From NCBI GenBank assembly GCA_043826435.1, contig JBDRQF010000022.1, positions 1-12,947 of the forward strand: DNA of 12,947 nucleotides, written 5' to 3'. Within the stretch, counting starts at the first letter, position 1. The number at the start of each line of letters is the position of its first letter. The translations under genes were made by a program, and so were the position numbers. The stretch is from Elusimicrobiota bacterium (GTDB lineage: Bacteria > Elusimicrobiota > Endomicrobiia > CG1-02-37-114 > JAHJSO01). The notes under the pieces are model-generated. The model had not been told where the DNA came from. It searched no databases and saw only the letters and a list, made by a program, of their open reading frames with translations. Shown here piece after piece: positions 1 through 6,821 of the stretch.

Positions 1-89
1 TAACCAAAATTACTCATAAAAAGAAAAAGAAATAAAAAGAAAAAATGTGAATAACTACTACGACTACTACTATTTTTATCTTTCTTCAT
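1..89 (-). CDS. Possible 5' end of a divergent gene running off the window (signal-peptide-like N-terminus)
   Basis: Minus strand from ATG at 89 reads MKKDKNSSSRSSYSHFFFLFLFLFMSNFG.. with no stop to the edge: basic N-region plus hydrophobic FFFLFLFLF. No Shine-Dalgarno seen and only 29 codons are visible. Confidence 0.35.
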   Translation of the reverse strand, partial: MKKDKNSSSRSSYSHFFFLFLFLFMSNFG

Positions 90-138
90 GTGACATCTAA
101 GCTTTGCAGTTACATGTGACATCTAAGCTTTGCAATAA
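87..138. repeat. Tandem direct repeat, 26-bp period, 2 copies
   Basis: CATGTGACATCTAAGCTTTGCA is identical at 87-108 and 113-134, followed by GTTA and ATAA respectively. Confidence 0.9.
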
Positions 139-156
139 CAGATTTGATTCGCCCCC

Positions 157-185
157 TTGACAAGTAAGATTTATTTTTATATAAT
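157..185 (+). promoter_or_regulatory. Sigma70-type promoter of the rib operon
   Basis: TTGACA (157-162), 17-bp spacer, TATAAT (180-185): perfect consensus, about 25 nt upstream of the FMN aptamer. Confidence 0.9.
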
Positions 186-211
186 TAACTAAGGAAATTT
201 TTGTATTTAAA

Positions 212-378
212 CTCTTCGGGGCGGGGTGAAATTCCTCACCGGCGGTGAAAGTCCGCTAAGTTGTTCCAGAAAACAATTTTTTTAGAACAACCCGAACAGG
301 TGAAATTCCTGTGCCGACGGTAAATCCGGAAAGTCAGTCACGGATAGGCTTTCTGTATGAGTCCGGATGGGAGAAGAG
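212..378 (+). ncRNA. FMN riboswitch (RFN element) aptamer
   Basis: Conserved RFN blocks TCTTCGGGGCGGGGTGAAATTCCTCACCGGCGGT..AGTCCGC, GGTGAAATTCC..GCCGACGGT and GTCCGGATGGGAGAAGA. P1 CTCTTC (212-217) pairs with GAAGAG (373-378); P4 GTTGTTC (260-266) pairs with GAACAAC (285-291). Lies directly upstream of riboflavin genes. Confidence 0.96.
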
Positions 379-400
379 AGTTTTTACGGATAAACCGTAT

Positions 401-433
401 AACCCGAAGAATTACATCTTTCGGGGTTTTTTT
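401..433 (+). terminator. Intrinsic terminator forming the riboswitch expression platform
   Basis: AACCCGAAGA-ATTACA-TCTTTCGGGG hairpin followed by T7 (427-433). A small TACGG/CCGTA hairpin precedes it at 385-399. Confidence 0.85.
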
Positions 434-451
434 ATGCCCGTTTATGAAACC

Positions 452-1678
452 ATGAACAAAAATTACGCCGCTTCTGCACAGGCGCAAGAAGACAAAAAAT
501 GCATCAGGAGGGTACTTAAACTCGCTTCAAAAGGAAGGGGAAGCGTCCACCCGAACCCCATGGTGGGGTGCGCAATAGTAAAAAACGGCAGGGCTATCGC
601 CGAGGGGTATCACCAATACCCCGGCGGCCCGCATGCTGAAATAGTTGCTCTCAGAAAGGCGAAAGATAAAAATATCTCCCTGAAAAACGCCACAATGTAC
701 GTAAACCTGGAACCGTGCTGTCACCATAAAAAGAAAACGCCGCCGTGTGTGCCTGAAATCATAAAATCCCGTGTAAAAAGGGTCGTAATGGCAATGAGAG
801 ACCCTAACCCGCAGGTCCGGGGCAAAGGGATTAAAGAACTACAGGCGGCGGGTATTGAATGCATTATCGGGATGCACGAGCAGGAAGCAAAAGAACTCAA
901 TAAGTTCTACGTAAAATGGATAACAAAAGGAATACCATACGTCCTGATGAAATGGGCAATGTCACTGGACGGTAAAATAGCCGCCAGGACAGGTGACGCT
1001 AAATGGATTTCCTGTCCAGAAGCAAGGGAATATGTTCACAAAATGCGTGCAGGGGTTGACGCTGTACTGGTGGGTATCGGGACTGTTTTAAAGGACAACC
1101 CTAAATTAACGGTTCGGCTGGGAGAAATTGAGGGAACCGTCCCTGACCTCTGGCGAACTAACCGAATCTTCAGACAATATAAAAATCCTATCCGGGTTAT
1201 AATTGACCCCGGACTAAAAATATCACCCGAAGCAAAGGTCATTGGTCCTGAAGCAAAGACAATAATTTTTCATCACCGGTTAAATATTAAAGCAAAACTT
1301 GAATTATTAAACAATAATAACTGTAAAACCGTATATTTACAAAAAAATAAAAATGGCACTATGGACTTCAAGCAAATTATGAGATTTCTTGGCGGGCAAA
1401 ATATCTCTTCTGTACTTATAGAAGGTGGTGGAAACACAAACGCCCGAGCGCTAAACTCAGGGGTTGTGGACGAGGTTTTTGCCTTTATATCTCCCAAAAT
1501 AATAGGCGGGGAAAATGCTATCACCCCTGTTGAAGGAAATGGTATTTCAAAGATTGGGCAGGCGACACGGTTAAAAGATATAAAGATTGAAAAGATTGGC
1601 TGTGATTTTTTATTATCAGGTAAACTACAAAGGGGCAACAGTAAGGGGGCAGGGATAAACCAATGTTCACAGGAATAA
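452..1678 (+). CDS. ribD: Bifunctional diaminohydroxyphosphoribosylaminopyrimidine deaminase / reductase
   Basis: PNPMVG, HAE and LEPCCH..TPPC zinc-deaminase motifs; SLDGKIA, WIS, VGIGTVLKDNP and LIEGGG reductase motifs. Start is uncertain (ATG 434 or 452). The track's 311 start lies inside the riboswitch. Confidence 0.96.
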   Translation: MNKNYAASAQAQEDKKCIRRVLKLASKGRGSVHPNPMVGCAIVKNGRAIAEGYHQYPGGPHAEIVALRKAKDKNISLKNATMYVNLEPCCHHKKKTPPCVPEIIKSRVKRVVMAMRDPNPQVRGKGIKELQAAGIECIIGMHEQEAKELNKFYVKWITKGIPYVLMKWAMSLDGKIAARTGDAKWISCPEAREYVHKMRAGVDAVLVGIGTVLKDNPKLTVRLGEIEGTVPDLWRTNRIFRQYKNPIRVIIDPGLKISPEAKVIGPEAKTIIFHHRLNIKAKLELLNNNNCKTVYLQKNKNGTMDFKQIMRFLGGQNISSVLIEGGGNTNARALNSGVVDEVFAFISPKIIGGENAITPVEGNGISKIGQATRLKDIKIEKIGCDFLLSGKLQRGNSKGAGINQCSQE

Positions 1679-2295
1679 TTCAGGACATCGGCATACCGGT
1701 TCAGAAAAAACAAACAGGTGAAACGGCCACCTTTAAAATAAAAACAAACTTAACCGGAATAAATACGGGTGACAGTATTGCCGTAAACGGAGTGTGTCTC
1801 ACTGCAAGGCATACTGAAAATAGCAACAGCGGAACACTCTTTCAGTCCGATATCTCCGGCGAAACACTCCGCAGGACAAATCTCCGGCTAATATCCCCGG
1901 GCACAAAAGTTAATCTTGAAACATCCCTCAGGGCAGATGGCAAATTAGGAGGGCATATCCTGACAGGACATGTCCAAACAACCATAAAACTTCTCTCTAT
2001 AAAAAAAGATATATTTACGTTTTCCTGCCCGGCTGGCGTTTCAAAATACATTGTGCCGAAGGGCTCGGTTGCTATAGACGGCATAAGTTTAACGGTCACC
2101 GGGCAGAAGGACAACTGGTTCACCGTCGCAGTAATCCCTCACACGCTCAAAAACACAACCCTTCAATTTAAAAAGCCGGGAGACACTCTGAATATTGAAC
2201 CCGACATATTCTCAAAATACGTTGAAAAACACCTGAAAGAAATAAACAACAGAAAAAAAATATCAATGGAGGACTTGAAAAAATATGGCTGGTAA
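1663..2295 (+). CDS. ribE: Riboflavin synthase (alpha chain; called ribC in E. coli)
   Basis: Diagnostic N-terminal MFTGII, and duplicated lumazine-binding motifs [12 protein letters not shown] / [12 protein letters not shown] with VNLE / LNIE. Overlaps the end of ribD by 16 nt. Confidence 0.96.
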   Translation: MFTGIIQDIGIPVQKKQTGETATFKIKTNLTGINTGDSIAVNGVCLTARHTENSNSGTLFQSDISGETLRRTNLRLISPGTKVNLETSLRADGKLGGHILTGHVQTTIKLLSIKKDIFTFSCPAGVSKYIVPKGSVAIDGISLTVTGQKDNWFTVAVIPHTLKNTTLQFKKPGDTLNIEPDIFSKYVEKHLKEINNRKKISMEDLKKYGW

Positions 2296-3586
2296 AATGC
2301 GCGCAAAAATGGACAAAACCAATACCGGGCGCAGGGCAGAGGCTGGGCGTATAACAGACACCGGGCGCAGGGTAGACGCTTTTGACGACATTCAGGGCGC
2401 CCTCCGGGACTTCAAAAAAGGGGAAATGGTAGTAGTAATAGACGACCCGTCAAGGGAAAACGAGGGTGATTTGGTATTTCCTGCTGAAAAAATCACACCG
2501 CAAAAAATCAACTTCATGGCGAAGTACGGCAGGGGGCTTATATGCCTTGCGATTGACGGCAAACGACTGGACAAACTTAAACTCCGGCCGATGGTTGAAA
2601 ACGGCAGGGAAGTGCGTGAAGCGTCGTTCAGCGTATCGGTTGACGCAAAACACGGCATCACGACGGGTATTTCGGCGCACGACAGGGCGAAAACAATAAA
2701 AACAATGATATCTTCCGGAACAACCGCCGACGATTTAACAAAACCCGGGCATATATTCCCGCTGAGATACAGGGAAGGCGGGGTAATGGTGCGGGCGGGA
2801 CATACCGAGGCAGGCGTTGACCTGTGTAAATTAGCCGGGCTGTACCCCGCGGCGGTAATATGCGAGATTATGAACGAGGACGGCACGATGGCAAGAACCC
2901 CACAACTTAAAAGGTTCGCCAAAAAACACCGCCTGCACATAATCACCATAGCCGACCTGATTGAGTACCGGAGGAAGACGGAAAAACTTGTGAGGCAGGT
3001 CCTGTCAACCGAACTGCCGACGGAAATGGGGAATTTTAAACTGTCCCTGTATGAAGACACGATAAACAGGGAGCATCACATCGCGCTCGTCAGGGGGGAA
3101 CCAGCAGGCAAAAAGAACGTCCTGGTGAGGGTGCATTCCTCCTGTTTAACAGGCGACACTTTCCACTCTCTCAGGTGCGACTGCGGCCAGCAACTCAGGA
3201 AATCAATGGAATTGATACGGGAGAAAAAACTCGGCGTTGTTCTGTACCTGCACCAGGAAGGGCGGGGTATCGGACTTATCAACAAACTCCATACGTACAA
3301 ACTGCAGGACAGGGGATTAGATACGGTTGAAGCGAATATAAAACTGGGCTTCAAGCCGGACATGCGGGACTACGGCATAGGCGCCCAGATCCTGTCGGAC
3401 TTGGGGCTTTCAACTATCCGGTTGCTCACAAATAATCCTAGAAAAATTGCAGGTCTTGAGGGGTACGGGCTGAAAGTTACCGAAAGGGTGCCGATTGAAA
3501 TGCGGCCTAAAACAAGGAGCGCCGAAAGGTATTTGACGACAAAAAAAAGGAAATTAGGACACCTGCTAAAATTATGCGGCAGGTAA
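2285..3586 (+). CDS. ribBA: Bifunctional 3,4-dihydroxy-2-butanone-4-phosphate synthase / GTP cyclohydrolase II
   Basis: [23 protein letters not shown] and RAGHTEA (RibB); [23 protein letters not shown] and LLTNNPRK (RibA). Start could be ATG 2285, 2297 or 2309. Confidence 0.97.
   Translation: MAGKMRAKMDKTNTGRRAEAGRITDTGRRVDAFDDIQGALRDFKKGEMVVVIDDPSRENEGDLVFPAEKITPQKINFMAKYGRGLICLAIDGKRLDKLKLRPMVENGREVREASFSVSVDAKHGITTGISAHDRAKTIKTMISSGTTADDLTKPGHIFPLRYREGGVMVRAGHTEAGVDLCKLAGLYPAAVICEIMNEDGTMARTPQLKRFAKKHRLHIITIADLIEYRRKTEKLVRQVLSTELPTEMGNFKLSLYEDTINREHHIALVRGEPAGKKNVLVRVHSSCLTGDTFHSLRCDCGQQLRKSMELIREKKLGVVLYLHQEGRGIGLINKLHTYKLQDRGLDTVEANIKLGFKPDMRDYGIGAQILSDLGLSTIRLLTNNPRKIAGLEGYGLKVTERVPIEMRPKTRSAERYLTTKKRKLGHLLKLCGR
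2324..2377 (+). repeat. In-frame 18-bp tandem repeat x3 in the RibBA N-terminal extension
   Basis: ACCGGGCGCAGGGCAGAG / GCTGGGCGTATAACAGAC / ACCGGGCGCAGGGTAGAC, encoding [18 protein letters not shown]. Confidence 0.75.
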
Positions 3587-3608
3587 CAAACAACAGGAGG
3601 TAAAACAA

Positions 3609-4085
3609 ATGGGTAAAAAGTTTCAGGGGAAGATGCTGGCTGAGGGAAAACGGTTTGCAATTGTGGTCTCGCGGTTTAATGAATTCATCACCCGTAAACT
3701 GCTGGAGGGGGCTGAGGATTCTCTCATAAGACACGGTGCTGACCAGGAGGACATTGACGTATTCTGGGCCCCGGGTTCTTTTGAAATCCCGCAGGTTACA
3801 AAAAGGGTAGCGCAACTGAAGGGGGCAAAAAAATACGATGCCATCGTATGTCTGGGCGCAATCATCCAGGGAGATACCCCGCACTACGAGTACATCGCCG
3901 CAGAGGTCACGAAGGGGATTGCGCAGGTATCCCTTGAAAACAACATCCCCGTAAGTTTCGGTATCCTGACGACGGACAACCTTGAACAGGCGATTGAACG
4001 CGCAGGCACAAAAGCGGGCAACAAGGGCGCCCAGGCGGCTGAATCGGCCATTGAGATGTGCAACCTTCTGAACCGGATGGAATAA
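3609..4085 (+). CDS. ribH: 6,7-dimethyl-8-ribityllumazine synthase
   Basis: [25 protein letters not shown] and [14 protein letters not shown] motifs. Strong RBS AGGAGGT at 3595-3601. Confidence 0.97.
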   Translation: MGKKFQGKMLAEGKRFAIVVSRFNEFITRKLLEGAEDSLIRHGADQEDIDVFWAPGSFEIPQVTKRVAQLKGAKKYDAIVCLGAIIQGDTPHYEYIAAEVTKGIAQVSLENNIPVSFGILTTDNLEQAIERAGTKAGNKGAQAAESAIEMCNLLNRME

Positions 4086-4107
4086 AATATACTCAACTCA
4101 GGACGGT

Positions 4108-4136
4108 TTGCAAAATTACGCAAAAAATTATATACT
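4108..4136 (+). promoter_or_regulatory. Candidate internal sigma70 promoter upstream of nusB
   Basis: TTGCAA (4108-4113), 17-bp spacer, TATACT (4131-4136), within the 63-bp ribH-nusB gap. Confidence 0.6.
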
Positions 4137-4148
4137 GTAAGGGTAAGT

Positions 4149-4559
4149 ATGGGCATAAGAAGAGAAGCAAGGGAAACGGCACTGACTATATTGTACCTTA
4201 TGGACGTCTCCAGCCTGAAACAGGCGGAAGCGGAGGACGTTGTTTTCAAAGACAACAAACTCCCCGACCAGATAACCGGGTTTACAAAAATACTCGTCTC
4301 GGGTACGGCTGAAAATATAAAAATAATAGACGACCTCATCACAAAACAGGCGAAAAACTGGGAACTCTCCCGGATGTCGGCGATAGACAGGAACATCCTG
4401 AGGATAGGCACGTTTGAAATACTCAAAACCCCTGAAACCCCGATAAGCGTAATAATAAACGAAGCGGTTGAAATTGCAAAAAAATATTCAACTTCCGACT
4501 CAAGCAAGTTTGTAAACGGCATACTTGACAAATTTAACGTTGTCAGGAAAAAGACATAA
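4149..4559 (+). CDS. nusB: Transcription antitermination factor NusB
   Basis: RREARE N-terminus, NWELSRMSAIDRNILR, IINEAVEIAKKY and FVNGILD motifs. The ribH-nusB gene order is widely conserved. Confidence 0.96.
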   Translation: MGIRREARETALTILYLMDVSSLKQAEAEDVVFKDNKLPDQITGFTKILVSGTAENIKIIDDLITKQAKNWELSRMSAIDRNILRIGTFEILKTPETPISVIINEAVEIAKKYSTSDSSKFVNGILDKFNVVRKKT

Positions 4560-4604
4560 TGCCCGCCCGGAGACGCCCGCCCGAAAATGATAGGGGGGTA
4601 AAAT

Positions 4605-6821
4605 ATGGAACCCAAGGATATTGAACTGGCATCAAAAATCATTAAGGCATTTCGTTCAGCCATAAATAATTATAGGATTTACCCTCAGGGCAGCCAGATT
4701 GTAACGAACGGCGCCATACAACTCCATTCCCTTCTCAGTGAACATCTTGAAAAGTACAATACATTCAGTATCGGGGAAGCGCAACACAAAATGTTAATAG
4801 ACGGGACTGAGATAAAGTCCGTATCGGACACGTTCGTACTTTCAATATTGGTGGACAATGAAATCCAGAACGTAACCTTCATGTGCCCACTGGACATGGA
4901 TGAACTTACTGCCTTTCTTGAAACAGCCGGCAAGCGGAAAGAGGCATTAAGGGCGGGGGGCGGACTCTTTCAGATAATCAAAAATAAAGGTTTCAAAAAC
5001 ATCTCGGCCGGGCAGGTAAAATATGTGGCTGTCGGCGAGGGGGAGGAGGTCGTCCGGAAGGTGTCCGACCTGATAGACCAGTTGCGGGATGACCCTGCTA
5101 TCTTCATGACTTCTCTGAGGGAAGTGTATGACCACATTGACGGGTTAAAAAATCCGCAGATGAGGACAAACATGGTTGAGATGCTGGCGAAAAAACTTAC
5201 ACTGCTTGACCCGTCCAACCTGAAAGATTTCTGCAGCAGGCCCCTGCCTGAAAAGATTGAGAAATCCGGGCTGAGGGACGCGGTCGTAACCGCCCTGCCG
5301 CAACAAAAAATACAGGAGGTCATTGATGAAATCGTTGTCTGGTATGATGAGATAAAAAAGACGGCGAAGTCCGACTTTGAGGCGGTTGAGCGGCTCACGG
5401 AACTCAGGAGTTTCCTGAACAAGATACTTGCCTCCCCCGCTGCAAAAAAAATACCTTTCAGGTTTTATGAAGAACTCCTGCGGGTAGGTGTGATGGACGG
5501 ACTGCCTGACTGGGTCGCAAAACCCGAACCGGAACTTGCCCTGCAGGTTGACAAACTGCTTGAAAAAAATCCGGAGGAACTGCTTGACCCCGTCATAAGA
5601 GACAGTTTGCCCGGGATAATAAAGCAATTGTGCCAGTCGGAACTTACCGAGTTTGCAGAAAAACTTACCTCAAAAATAATTCAGAACCTGGGTTTGCCTT
5701 CTACCAAAGCCCGCAGCGACAGCATGAGAATACTTATGCAGATATTTGACATACTGGTTTCGTTCCAGAAAGAGAAAATCCTGCGCGACATGGAAAAAAG
5801 GTTTATGGCCGACATACACAGCGAAACCGACATAGACATATACGGCCAGATGGTGAACATGCTCAGGAAGAGGATATTACAGAGCGTGCTCATTGCCGAC
5901 TACAATAGCGCAAATTCAATACTGGAAATATTCAAGCAACACCTTTATGAAACCACCGAACCGGACGCGGAAAAAAGAAACGTTATACGTGAAAATTTTA
6001 ACAAGGTCGCGGAAGAACTTTCGGAACTGCTGCTTGCCGACATAAAATCAGGAATTGAACACAGACAATCGGAGGCGCTAAAGATTATATGTCGCCTGGA
6101 GAATTCGGCTGCGCGGATATTCGCCCGGGTAATAAAGGAAACGGACGACTACAGGACCAGAAAGGCGTCTGCATTCGCCCTGAAAAACACGGGGAAGGAA
6201 TCTGTTTTGGAATTCCTGAAAGACATAAGTATAAACTATTCAACGGAGGCGCTCAGAAGAATCACCGGTATTTTTGAGGACCTGGCTAACCTTGATACAA
6301 ATGACGCCATTATTGAAAAAATATCAGAACTGCTCAACAACCCTGACGCCGGGTTAAAAAGGTCGCTCGTTAAATTATTGCAAAAACTCACGGCTACCGT
6401 TCAGCCGGCGGAATCAAAAAAAATAAAATCTGTCCTGATTGAAAAACTGAAGGATGATGATGTCTCCGCCGACGTTATTCGCATACTGGGAGAGATGAAG
6501 TCCGTTGATGCGGTGGATGAACTGCTGAAAATGGCAGAAACGGCCGGGCCCGGCGTCCTTGAAGAGATTTGTATCGCGCTCGGCTCAATCGGCGACGCCC
6601 GGGCTGTCCCGATGCTTGTCCGATTCCTGCATGTCCGCAAGTCCTTCTTCGGCGGCCAGAGGCCGTCGTTTGCAAACACCGTCAGGGTCCGCGCTGCGTG
6701 GGCGCTCAGAAAATTCCCCACGCCGGAATCCGAAAAGGCCCTCAGGGAAACCGCAAAGGACAAAAACGCCTCAATAAGAAATATCGCCATGCAGTCCTTT
6801 GATTTGATAAAGAAAAAATAA
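4605..6821 (+). CDS. Large alpha-helical protein with C-terminal HEAT/PBS-lyase-like repeats, function unknown
   Basis: 738-aa ORF with a G-rich RBS at 4593-4599. HEAT-like units include TRKASAFALK, VIRILGEMKSVDAVDELL, ICIALGSIGDARAVPML, VRVRAAWALRK and IRNIAMQSF. No signal peptide or obvious TM segment. Confidence 0.8.
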   Translation: MEPKDIELASKIIKAFRSAINNYRIYPQGSQIVTNGAIQLHSLLSEHLEKYNTFSIGEAQHKMLIDGTEIKSVSDTFVLSILVDNEIQNVTFMCPLDMDELTAFLETAGKRKEALRAGGGLFQIIKNKGFKNISAGQVKYVAVGEGEEVVRKVSDLIDQLRDDPAIFMTSLREVYDHIDGLKNPQMRTNMVEMLAKKLTLLDPSNLKDFCSRPLPEKIEKSGLRDAVVTALPQQKIQEVIDEIVVWYDEIKKTAKSDFEAVERLTELRSFLNKILASPAAKKIPFRFYEELLRVGVMDGLPDWVAKPEPELALQVDKLLEKNPEELLDPVIRDSLPGIIKQLCQSELTEFAEKLTSKIIQNLGLPSTKARSDSMRILMQIFDILVSFQKEKILRDMEKRFMADIHSETDIDIYGQMVNMLRKRILQSVLIADYNSANSILEIFKQHLYETTEPDAEKRNVIRENFNKVAEELSELLLADIKSGIEHRQSEALKIICRLENSAARIFARVIKETDDYRTRKASAFALKNTGKESVLEFLKDISINYSTEALRRITGIFEDLANLDTNDAIIEKISELLNNPDAGLKRSLVKLLQKLTATVQPAESKKIKSVLIEKLKDDDVSADVIRILGEMKSVDAVDELLKMAETAGPGVLEEICIALGSIGDARAVPMLVRFLHVRKSFFGGQRPSFANTVRVRAAWALRKFPTPESEKALRETAKDKNASIRNIAMQSFDLIKKK

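Noticed and set aside
87..138. Possible mini-CRISPR array
   Set aside because: Only two copies separated by 4 bp, with no spacer-sized unique sequence and no cas genes.
311..433. ORF-track N-terminal extension of ribD from GTG 311
   Set aside because: It overlaps the FMN aptamer and terminator and has no RibD similarity. The real start is at 434 or 452.
1120..1180. Apparent insertion in RibD (GEIEGTVPDLWRTNRIFRQY) containing the small dyad AGGGA-ACCG-TCCCT
   Set aside because: This loop after DNPxLTVR is length-variable in RibD (E. coli has a similarly long one), and a 5-bp dyad is too weak to call an inserted element.
3127..3150. RibA motif reads RVHSSC instead of RVHSEC, suggesting possible inactivation
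   Set aside because: The three zinc-binding cysteines and the downstream catalytic motifs are intact, and I recall HSSC in other apparently functional RibBA proteins.
4561..4598. GCCCGCCCG twice at 14-bp spacing before the G-rich RBS of the HEAT gene
   Set aside because: Short low-complexity repeat, not an inverted repeat or terminator. Anti-SD pairing would be imperfect and has no support.
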